From assembly GCA_964234715.1 (NCBI GenBank), contig OZ174281.1: a stretch of DNA of 64,000 bases; one strand, written 5' to 3'. This stretch comes from Podarcis melisellensis. Taxonomy: Eukaryota. The notes below the pieces were generated by a model, which saw nothing but the letters and a program-made list of their open reading frames with translations, was not told the DNA's origin and searched no databases. The position numbers and the translations under genes were made by a program. Of the stretch, positions 50,241 through 61,103 are shown one piece after another; position 1 is the stretch's first letter; the number at the start of each line of letters is the position of its first letter.

Positions 50241-51647
50241 GGAAGTACATAGTGGTTTACCTAAAAATTACTTCACACAGTTAAATAAGTTGAAATCAGA
50301 CTTACATCTTCCAAATGTTTAGGTCAAGAACTGCCTCCCTTCATAGCACCTAACCCAAAAGAGAAACAAACACCATCAACAGAAGAGGGCAGCAACATGA
50401 TGTCCACGGTCAACCTTTCTGTCAAGTGTATTAGGCAAGAGAGATCAGTTTAGATTTCTTCTTAACCAGAAGTCCATTTTTATCCTCAGCTGGTGATGAA
50501 TAAATCGGTCATTTTTTGTTACTCTCCCTTTGCCATTTCCCCAATATACAGGTCTCTAAAATTCTGCATTAGCTTGTGGGTTGTTGTTTTTTAAGTCCTT
50601 GTGAAAATTTGTCAGCATTTTAGTGTGTAGTTCTCCTGATATACACATTATTTTTCTTTTTAAAAACCAATTTCCCCTAGCATAATGTATTCCAATGTTA
50701 TTTTCACTCAGATATGCATCTGAATGCAGGCTTTACGCTAATACGTGCATTTTATTTGCCTGAATAACTGCATTACAAAATTCAGCAAAGTGTAAGGTTT
50801 GAGGGATAACTGTGTTTTGAGTCGCACATTATGTTTGGAATTGTAAATTATGTGCATACACATTAAAATAAGTATGGAACTGGTTTCCTTCCCCCGCCCC
50901 CTCACATCCCCAACCTCGGCCCTGTTTTTATATTTACCTGGCACCAAGCTGTCAGTCCAGCCCTATTGGAATCTCCCAATGGATAAACTTGTAGCTATGT
51001 AATCCCGCTGAAGGGCAAAGAGTCCATTGTATCTCCCAGCCAGGAAGCTGCTCTCTCCTGTGGTTTTCAAAAGCAAGTACATTTTCAGCTCAAATCAATC
51101 ACTCTCTATAGTAACTAAGAGCTTGCGGCATTTCGTTTGACTATTGCAAGTGGGCCGTAAAGCTCTGAAGGAACAGAAATGGTGTTTTAAAAACAAAAGC
51201 AAAATTAGTAGCCATAAAAGTTTTAGTACTTCACATGATTATGTGCCCAGTCTTTTGAGTGAGAGTATGGACCAAAAATGGACAAGTTACCAGTCCTACA
51301 CCAGTCACACAAATAGAAATTGCATGAATAACTTGTAGGAGGCAAGATGTAAACACATACCCTCCAGTGTTTCTCAGATGAAAATAGGGACATCATTTTC
51401 TGTATCGAGAAGCTTCTCCTGCATTTGATCTTGCTGCACATGTATATGTCGTATGCACATATACATCTGTCACCTTGAGCCAATTAAAACCTCTCAGCCT
51501 AGCCTACATCGCAGGATTGTTGCAAAGAAAAAGTGTGCAAGGGAAAGGATCGTGTACAAACCTTCCACCGGTAAATAGAATGAAATAAAATTTTAGCTGT
51601 AAGCTGCCTCGAGTCCCTGTCAGAGGAAAAAGTGAGTAATAATAATA

Positions 51648-51872
51648 CCGCAGTACCTCGGTTTATGAATTTAATCTGTTCCGGAAGTCCGTTCTTAAAC
51701 CGAAACCATTCTTAAACTGAGGCGCGCTTTCCCTAATGAGGCCCTTCCATCATTCGGATTCCGTTTTTAGACCAAGGTAAAATTTGCAAACCAAGACACT
51801 ACTTCCAGTCTTGTGGAGTTCATAAACCGAATCGTTCGTAAATAGGGCTGTTCTTAAACCAAGGTACCACTG
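51648..51872. mobile_element. Tc1/mariner (Tigger-like) MITE, same family as 3225-3458
   Basis: TA|ccgcagtacctcggttta...taaaccaaggtaccactg|TA; shared interior ggaagtcc.ttcttaaacc...ttccctaatgaggc. Confidence 0.85.
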
Positions 51873-51905
51873 TAATAGGAAACTGTGAGAATGATCAGGA
51901 ACATA

Positions 51906-52265
51906 GGTAAAGGTAAAGAGTAAAGGGACCCCTGACCATTAGGTCTAGTCGTGGCCGACTCTGGAGTTGTGTCACTCATGTCGCTTTATTGGCCAAGCGA
52001 GCCAGCGTTCAGCTTCCGGGTCATGTGGCCAGCATGACTAAGCCACTTCTGGCGAACCAGAGCAGCACACAGAAATGCCGTTTACCTTCCCGCCAGAGCG
52101 GTACCTATTTATCTACTTGCACTTTGATGTGCTTTCGAACTGCTAGGTTGGCAGGAGCAGGGACCGAGCAACGGGAGCTCACCCCATCGCGAGGATTCGA
52201 ACCACCGACCTTCTGATCAGCAAGTCCTGGGCTCTGTGGTTTAACCCACAGCTCCACCTACATCC
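51906..52265 (-). mobile_element. Sauria SINE, full length
   Basis: 14-bp TSD tgatcaggaacata at 51892-51905 and 52266-52279; full body. Confidence 0.93.
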
Positions 52266-54484
52266 TGATCAGGAACATACCAGAGAATAAATCCTATTGA
52301 ACTCAGTGGGACTTAATTCTGAGTAAAATTGCTTAGGATTGCAGTGTAAGGCTGCACAGTCTTTACCCAGTTAACTGGGAATAAGCTCCATTGAATACAG
52401 TGGGACTAACTTCTGAGTAGACGTGAAGACTTGCAAGTGTGGGGCTCCATTTACAATAAAGAAATAAACATTCCAGTGGTACCTAAGAATTGCTGGCTGC
52501 TGAAGCATTGCATTTAAAGAAGTTAAAGTGTAGCATCTTTCCTAGTTTGGCCATGGGAGCTTATAATTAGGAAGCAGGGCCCACAACAAATATGTGGACT
52601 CAATGCATGGGTGTTTGTTGGAAGCCGTTTCCCATATAGTTGTAGAAATGTCGGTCTCATCAGTGCAATGCCTTCCTTCTTGCAAGGTTTTAAAAAATGC
52701 TCCATACACCTCAGAAGGCAATTCATACAAAACATTTCCATTTTTCAACAGCTAACATGCCAGAAAAGTAAAAGCAACAAACTGGGCCTATAAAACTACC
52801 TGCCGGTCTGTTCAGCTATTTAAGATATGAATATTGCTTGGCCTTTGGAACTCTTGTTTTCGTGGTGACACACACCAGGTCTGTCTGCCTGACAGCAATG
52901 ACTGGAGTTTCTTAAGAGAATAGTTAAGGAGGTGTGAACTAAAAGCAAGCCTTACCTAGCCAGCAGAAGGTCGGTGCACTGCTGGAACAAATGGCTCTAG
53001 AGCTATCCATACCTCCTGGACCAACATGAGGCTGAGATATGAGCCCACTTCAAAATCTTAACTCCTGCCAGAATCCATTATGAAGTAGCACACTATTTAT
53101 TTCTTTTTCCACACATACCTGGAGCTTCTGGCATGCACAGTTCCTGCCACATGGGTTGAAACTCTACCTGCAATTCTCCTCAGGCAGAGCAGGATAAGAA
53201 GACCTCCTACTCTCAGGGAGTGATCCAAATAGGCTTCCAATGAGATTGAATAAAAGAAAACATGGCTACCATGTGGTTTTCTTTTTTCCTCTCTCTACCA
53301 CATAGCACACTTTCAACTCATATGGCAGAAACCATGCACAGACACTGCTGCAGGTGACTAGTGTCCGTTAAAAGAAAGTAAAAAGAGGAGAGTCTAAGGA
53401 CTGGCTAACTTCTAAGTATTTCGAAGTTCATTTTCAAAAAATGTGCGTAGACTGACAAGAACCGTATCACAGCATTCAAAAGTGTGCAAAATCTATTAAA
53501 TGCAGATCTGCATGTTTGTGCAAGAGGTTTGAATTAGGATGCTTCATTAGAAATGTAAAAGAAAAAAAGTCTCAGAGACTTAGGATTGGAGAAGACCAAC
53601 GTTTTATTCCCTATTCTCAAGCAAATCACTGAATAGAGATGGTCTGGAATAACCAACATTCAATCCAAAAAGTATCTGGGCTTGTTACTAATTCAAGTTA
53701 ATAGTTTAACACTTGTCAGTTACTCTGTTGTTGCAAAACAACAACAACAACAACAATATACACTGGGTTTTTTTAGGAAGGAATAAAAATATATACGCTG
53801 GTGAAAAACAGGGTTGGCTGGAGGAAATTACAAACCAGACCCTCTCCCTCATTATTTTCAATAGCTGTCGTAATCCAATACTGCTAAGCGGGAGGTATGT
53901 TTGTAGCACATCTGAAATCTCATAATGTGGCTGCTGACTCTGTGACTTTGAGCTTTGAGTCCCAGGTACAACTTCTGTTATCTCTTAGAAAGGATCAAAT
54001 GCATTTCCATTTGAGTATATTGTGTCTTCTAGTGCCACACGGTGGTTGGCACTGAAACAGCAGCCAAAGGGAACTGAAGCAAGCAAGTTCTACTGCCTTA
54101 TTAGCATTGCAATCAATAAGCTTTTATGATCTCTAAGTGGATAAATAGATTCTTACGGTTCAGAAAGTTAATTTTGTCTCTTATACGTTAACATCAGGCC
54201 TCCCAAGCATGTGATTCACTGAGCTGAACACAGCCCACCAGCAACCATGAAAAAAGGCCTACCATCAGTTCGACGGAGATCTTGCATTTTCTGTTTGTCC
54301 AGGACAGCAAAGTAGAGGAAATATCATCTACCTGCCAGGCCACAATATATGACTGGTGGGCTGTGTTAGGTACAGTTGCTCACAAGTTAGCTTGTTGTAC
54401 ACCTAAATAGTGCATTTCATATTTAAAAAATGCATGTCTGAGAGGCTACAACTCTCTCTCGAGATTATATATATATATATATAT

Positions 54485-54675
54485 GCTTTCGTAGATTTTC
54501 ACGGGTACAGGAATGCAGGTTTTGGTGTCCTCGGGTGTCTTCCCGTGTAAAAGTTGGGGTGTCTAGGCGACGTTTCGACGAGGTCTCACTCGTCATTGAG
54601 TGAGTGAGACCTCGTCGAAACGTCGCCTAGACACCCCAACTTTTACACGGGAAGACACCCGAGGACACCAAAACC

Positions 54676-54680
<5 letters not shown>
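54485..54680. mobile_element. Penelope-like element termini in inverted arrangement, inserted in (TA)n
   Basis: Perfect 79-bp inverted repeat (54513-54591 / 54602-54680); contains gacgag-tgagac-ctcgtc-gaaacgtc (hammerhead stem II + GAAA + GUC); one arm has a 28-nt extension ending ccgtgaaaatctacgaaagc on the minus strand, as seen at Penelope 3' ends. Confidence 0.75.
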
Positions 54681-54737
<57 letters not shown>

Positions 54738-54760
54738 TACATACATACATACATACATAC
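54679..54760. repeat. Compound microsatellite (AT)n(AC)n(ATAC)n; a shorter (AT)n lies at 54466-54484
   Basis: Direct reading. Confidence 0.95.
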
Positions 54761-55232
54761 AAAAGGAAGCATAAAAGCTATGTATAGGTAGTTGCCTTAA
54801 TCCAACCAGGGTGCACACTGAGTTGTGGGCATGGAAGTGATGCCTTAGTCACTTCAAGGTAGGGGAATGCATGTGTGATAGAAATTTCTTTGAGTCAGTG
54901 GAAAAGGTGGGCTTTTAGGGAGTTGAAACTCACAATTCATTAACTTGCCAGTATGAATGTGGGCTCATATATAATATTTCCATGCCTAAGCAACAGCAAG
55001 GCCTTTTAGGTAGCTGGCCCATAGCTGAAAAACAATGAAGGAGCAGATCATTCCCTGGAACAAGTGTGGGGAACTGGCATTTGGTTTTCCTAGAACAGGG
55101 GTGGGGAAGTGGATCACTGCATCTTCGGTGCTGCTGAGAGCAAGCTCATTTGAATGTGCATTCTCTTTGCCCATGAGCTGATTGGTGCTTACAGCCAGGG
55201 GCATAGCATGGAGGGAGGGCTAGGGGGGCATG

Positions 55233-55592
55233 TAAAGGTAAAGGTACCCCTGCCCGTACGGGCCATTTGTGACCGACTCTGGGGTTGCGCGCCCATCTCG
55301 CTTAAGAGGCCGGGGGCCAGCACTGTCCGAAGACACTTCTGGGTCACGTGGCCAGCGTGACGAAGCTGCAGCTGGTGAGCCAGCACCAGCACAGCACACG
55401 GAAACGCCGTTTGCCTTCCCACTATAAAACTGTACCTATTTATCTACTTGCACTTAAGGGTGCTTTCAAACTGCTAGGTGGGCAGGAGCTGGGACCGAAC
55501 GACGGGAGCTCACCCCGCCGCGGGGATTCGAACCGCCGACCATACGATCGGCAAGTCCTAGGCACTGAGGTTTTACCCACAGCGCCACCCGC
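55233..55592 (-). mobile_element. Sauria SINE, same subfamily as 20152-20514
   Basis: taaaggtaaaggtacccctgcccgtacgggcc...tacccacagcgccacccgc. Confidence 0.9.
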
Positions 55593-55970
55593 ATAGCCCT
55601 AAGCATATGATTTTGAGTAGGCATGGACCAAGCACCCCCAAGCAGGAATCCCCATCCCACCCTGCTTGCCACTAGGGGTCTCTGGGTGCCAGAGCCCGGC
55701 CTAGCCCTACCAAAGCATCCCTGACCCCCCTCACTGAATGGCCATCTACCAGCATTGGGGGGATGTGCCACCCTGGATAGTTTGGCAGGTAATGCAGAGC
55801 AGCCCCTTGAACCCTCTGTGCCCTGCGCCTGTCTGGCAGTGTCAGAGCTGAGGGCTTGAGTGTTTTGTTTTGAGGGTTTTGTTCACCCTCCGCACCCCAC
55901 TCCCGGCACATGTCCTGGGTACCAGCAAGGGATGCAAAGCTGCTGCTGATAGCACATCCTCAAACGACTT

Positions 55971-56590
55971 AATAATAAATTTTATTTATATCACACCCTC
56001 CCCAGCCAAAGATGGGCTCAGAGCGGCTAACAATAGTAAAATAATACAGCATTCTAAAATCAATTCATTATAAAATCAGTTCAAATCAAATTGATGGCAA
56101 CCATTGGGCTAGAGTTCTGTGAATAATTACCAAAGGAGGGGGTCAGTCTGTGCCTTCGCCAAATGCCTGGTGGAACAGCTCTGTCTTGCAGGCCCTGCGG
56201 AAAGATGTCAAGTCCCACAGAGCCCTAGTCTCTTGTTACAGAGCGTTCCACCAGATCGGAGCCACAGCCGAAAATGCCCTGGCTCTGGTTGAGGCCAGCC
56301 TAACCTCTCTGTGGCCCGGGACCTCCAAGGTGTTTTTGTCTGAAGACCGTAAGGTCCTACGTGGGACATACCAGGAGAGGCGGCCCTGTAGGTACAAGGT
56401 TCCTAGGCTGTATAGGGCTTTAAAGGTTAAAACCAGCACCTTAAACCTGATCCTGTACTCCACCGGGAGCCAGTGCAGCTGGTATAGCACTGGGTGAATG
56501 TGATCCCACAGCGAGGACCCCGTAAGGAGTCTCACTGCAGCATTCTGCACCCGCTGGAGTTTCTGGGTTAGTCTCATGGGCAGCCCCTTG
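55971..56590 (-). mobile_element. L2 LINE, 5'-truncated
   Basis: GLPMRLTQKLQRVQNAAVRLLTG...DHIHPVLYQLHWLPVEYRIRFKVLVLTFKAL...RAFSAVAPIWWNAL plus 3' UTR and AT-rich tail. Confidence 0.92.
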
Positions 56591-57748
56591 AATGGACTTT
56601 GAAGTCCATTTGCAGGATTCAAACCAAACACACACACCCATTTGCAGGTGTAGTCTGCAGTCTGCCTGTGATTCATACAGGTTTGATCACCTATGGAAGG
56701 TGGAGTCAGACCGTCTTATTTGGACCACCACACAAGCGGTGGTGGGATAATATTAAGCCCTTTTAATGTAATGTTTTAGTTGCAGTGGGGTTCAGGCCAA
56801 GTTGCTGCTGCACATTGGAATGGAGCAGTGGCAAGGTCAGCAAGGTGCGAATGAGCTGGCAGGAGACCAGATTGGTTCTGCTGGTGTATTTGCACCAGGC
56901 TGACCTCACCGCTGCCTTTGTCCATCTCCATCCTGCTTTGGAGTAGCTATTCAGCCAGAGAGATATCAGGTAAGCTGTGCAGCCCCACTGTGCCATCTGC
57001 TATTGTTTAATTTGAAGTTCTGGTATTATGTGATTAATGCATGTATTAAAATTTTTGTTTCCTTAAGGGCTGGTACTGATAGAAGAAATAGAAGTTTCTC
57101 AAACCTGCCTGATGGGTTGTGCAACAAAGCATGTTGGCCCACAGGGGTGAACAAACCTCTTGTTTCATAACCTTCTGGAGACTGCATACCCTCCCCAACA
57201 AAAGAAAAACCAACAACAAATAGTGGGTTTGCAATATGTGACAGGTCAGGTGTTTTCAGCTTGGTGTGTCACACATTATGCAGGCCTGAAACAAAGAGAG
57301 CGAATGGGAATAGGTTTCTCTACACTGGGGTCTAAAGCACATTGATAATGCAGCATAGGAAAATGCCTGGCTGTTCCTATTCATGCAGCGCCTGCTCTGT
57401 GGATAAATATAGAAACTGTTTAGCTGTGCAAGTCTTCACAGATAGCAGACAGCACTGCGTGTCTCCTGTCACCGTGCGGAGACTGTGAATGAAGAGAAAC
57501 ACTTCCTTCTCAGTATTTGTGCTGTGTTTATTGCAACAGCATATTCAATCAATTTCAGCCTGTATTGCATTCTCTGCTTCAAAATTTGATTTTGCTTTAA
57601 TTTTGAAAGAAAATTTTCTATTCTCCCTGTCTGCATGAAAGCAGAACCTGCCCGCCCCCCGCAAAAAATAATAATAATCAGCATATTTTGTGCTAAAGTA
57701 GATTAGTACAGTTCATATCCGAGTTCATATCTTGGTGGGACCTCCAAA

Positions 57749-58100
57749 GGGATGCGGGTGGCGCTGTGGGTTAAACCACAGAGCCTAGGACTTGCCGATC
57801 AGAAGGTCGGCAGTTCAAATCCCCGTGATGGGGTGAGCTCCCGTTGCTCAGTTCTAGCTCCTGCCAACCTAGCAGTTCGGAAGCACATCAAAGTGCAAGT
57901 AGATAAATAGGTACCGCTCCAGCGGGAAGGTAAACGGTATTTCCGTGCGCTGCTCTGGTTCACCAGAAGCGGCTTAGTCATGCTGGCCACAGGACTCGGA
58001 AGCTGTACACCGGCTCCCTCAGCCAATAAAGTGAGATGAGCAACTCAACCCCAGAGTCGGCCATGACTGGACCTAATGTTCAGGGGTCCATTTACCTTTT
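57749..58100 (+). mobile_element. Sauria SINE, full length
   Basis: Head gggatgcgggtggcgctgtgggtt, tail tttacctttt; TSD tagattagtacag at 57699-57711 and 58104-58116. Confidence 0.93.
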
Positions 58101-60557
58101 ATTTAGATTAGTACAGACAAGATGGAGTAAAATCCCAGGTTTCCATTTTACTTAATTGTTTATAGCAGAACTGGGGAACCATAGATGTCTAGAGGTTGTT
58201 GGACTCCAATTCCCATCAGCCCTGAGAATTATGGGAGCTGGAGTTCAACAGCATCTGGAGGGACAATGGTACCCCAGCCCTGATTTATAACAATAGCTGG
58301 TATCAACAACTAGTTGCACCATGATTGTATTAACAATGGATGCATGTAGGAAGGAATCAGAATTCTAGTTAGTACTTAACAAACGCCTTGACATGCTTCT
58401 CACACTTTGCTCCTACCTGCCATCCATGTGATTGACTAGGCTTTCTTCAAAGTTCCTCAGAAGTTTCTCCAAGGAGGAACCTCCATAGTCACCTTCATGT
58501 CAGGCAAGATGTGATGGCAACCAAACTCCTGAGTGTTTGCACAGGGTATCAACAGATACCAATGCAACACAGACCATCTCAGTGAAGTCTACGTACCACA
58601 AAAATCAAAATGCACAGGTCATGGGAAATGTCTTCCCAGAGCTCCTGAGTAATAATCTCAGGCTGAAATATGAAGCAGAAGTCTAATAAATCAGGACTAT
58701 CTGATTGATTTTCATTGTCATCATTATTGAGTTCATTGAGTTCAATTAGTGCCATATAGGTTTGTTCATTCATGCTTCTTCCTCTGAATGATGTAGATTA
58801 ATCTCCTTGTCTCTCAGAAACCTCTGAGCAATTTAGGCTGCAATCCTAACCCTGCCTACCTGGGGAGTAATAGGTCTTACTTCCGATTAGTCATGGTTAG
58901 GATTATAGTGTTCATCAAGCTTATAAAATTAGATTTGTTTCTCTAAAATTTCCTCAGGCATTTCACCCAAGCAGGAATCTTAAAATTCACTTCAAAAATC
59001 TCACTTCTGTCAAAATTTGGCAACAGCTTTGGGATTGAGCCACACATAAACACTGAAGAAATTCCCCTAGCCATGTTGAAACACCTGTTGCTCCCCTTGA
59101 AACTCCTCAAATACCTTCATTGAGGAGAGCTCTGTGAATTCATCCCAAATTGCACTAAATACAGTGGCATAAGATTATCAGAAGAGCTTTGCTGAGACAG
59201 ACCCATGGCCCGTTTATCCAGCTTTCTGCTTACACAGGGTCAAAGCAGATAGAAGCAGGCTCAATAGTATTATCCCACTCATGACCCCCAGAAACTTGTA
59301 CCCTTATCCTCCACTAATCTATCTAATTCTCTTTTAAGCCTCTTTCCGTGTCCAGTAAGTCTAAGACACCTTTGCCTGGTGACACTGTGGCCCATAGATT
59401 GCAGCAAAATACTGGGCAAGGTTTTGTCCAGTATCCTCTCTGTGTGATGGGTTTGTGGGGGGAAAGCTGTCTCATGAGCCCTTGCAAAGCCTATATAGGG
59501 CTGTTTTCCCTGGAGGTAAGGGTCATCCTGCCCAGTGCCCACCCACCCTCAGGTTAGAGCCTTCACTGAGCAATTTTGGGTCACTGGTTGACATGGCCAG
59601 AAAGGAATTCTTCTCTTTCAACCTGATTGGCACTTGTTTGGGGTTTTTTCATCTCTCCCTCAGTGAAATTATGGCCTTCCTTCATTAGGCAGAAAACCAG
59701 TATTTGTACAAGGGTGGAAATGGCATTAGACAGGATCAACATAGTATGGGGGAGCCCCCATAAGTAGCCTGAGGGAAGGATTGACCAGGGCACCCCCAAG
59801 GTTGGGGTATCTGCTTTGTTAGAATCTGCACCCAGTGACACCTTGCTTGCTGGCTTGTACCATAGCAAGGTTCAACATTGGCTGACTCCCATGGAACAGG
59901 TTTGAGGTAGTCCATACCTGGCTTGATCCATTACATCAACATGGGGCTTGTGGAATGTTGAACTGGTCCTGGGACCCAATGCCATGCCAACCCTTACCCT
60001 GCCTTCTGCTATCAATAATGATTTGGCCTGATTTTATCTCATCACACTCTGGTTATTTTGCTGCTCTCATGGGTCACATCGTGAGCCTGCCTGGGCAAAG
60101 CTGTTGCTATGACTACTGCATCCTGCAGGACAGAGAGAGAACCTTTTTCTCTACCCACCATGCATGATGTGTGTGTTTTTTACATTTTCTTCCATCTCTG
60201 CAGGCACTTGTTCCTCTTGCATCCCCTTTTCTACAGCAGACACCCACAGTGAGGCAGTTCCTCAATCTTTCTCCTCCTGCACCTCTTTTTCCACAGTAGG
60301 TTCCCAAGGGGCAGAGAGATCAATTAGCATTTCTTATATGCTCTCAGGTGCCTCCATTTTCACCACCTATACAGCAGGTTCCCCGGGAGTAGAAAAACCT
60401 TTCGACAGTTCAGGTGTGGTTGGACACAATATGTCACTCCTGTTGCACTTGCACAGTACTGACCCCTTCACCTCTCCCCCTCTATCTCCTGGTAAACAGC
60501 AGCAATATGTGGTGTGGTGCTGTTGCTCACCTGACCTCAAGCCAGTCATATTGTTGC

Positions 60558-60756
60558 TAAATAGATACTACTGCGAAAGGAAGGTAAACAGCATTTCCAT
60601 GAGCTCTGGCACCCATCACGGTGTCCTGTGTACCAGAAGCGGTTTAATCATGTGGACAAATGCTGGCTCCCTCTGCCTGAAAGCGGAGATTAGTGCCGTA
60701 CCCCATAATCAAATTCAACTGGACTTAACCACCCAGGGGTCCTTTACCTTTTACCT
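60558..60756 (+). mobile_element. 5'-truncated, internally deleted Sauria SINE
   Basis: ggaaggtaaacagcatttcc...ggctccctctgcctgaaagc...ctggacttaaccacccaggggtcctttaccttttacc; resembles the 49429 subfamily. Confidence 0.8.
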
Positions 60757-61103
60757 TTTTATTTATTGCTGCTTACCAGGAAATAGACTGGTCATCATAC
60801 AATGGGCCCAGAATAACCAGAATCTAAGGTCATCACCGTGTGTGTCCTATAGCAAAATTTGAACAAACTTTTGGAGGTTTCTGTGAATGGAGACATTTGT
60901 GGGATTTTGCTAAGATTTGTAAAATTCCTCAGGTCTGAAGCAACACTTGAGGCGAATGTAGATATAGCTCCTCAGGCAATGAATCTGAAGAATTTTGAGA
61001 GAAAAGGAGTATCAGTCAGACATGTCTCAAAAAGGTTTAATGCATCCCTGTGGAAAGTCATTATTCGAACACTTTCCAAAACTTGCTTTTTTGTTTCTTA
61101 GAG

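Noticed and set aside
54513-54680. Functional hammerhead ribozyme or miRNA gene
   Set aside because: The CUGANGA catalytic box is absent from both arms, and a perfect TE-derived stem is not evidence of a miRNA without small-RNA data.
16366-58026. Recurrent ORFs with QLPGHVASMTKPLL...SGTYLSTCTLMCFRTARLAGAG (16366, 40455, 44564, 45794, 51989, 57799)
   Set aside because: They are antisense translations of Sauria SINE copies. The similarity reflects the repeat, not a protein family.
60164-60862. Longest ORF in the track (232 aa)
   Set aside because: Low-complexity Ser/Thr-rich start, runs through a SINE remnant, no recognisable domain or splice context. The opposite strand of 60130-60430 looks like a decayed Glu-rich repeat, but I could not define termini or a TSD.
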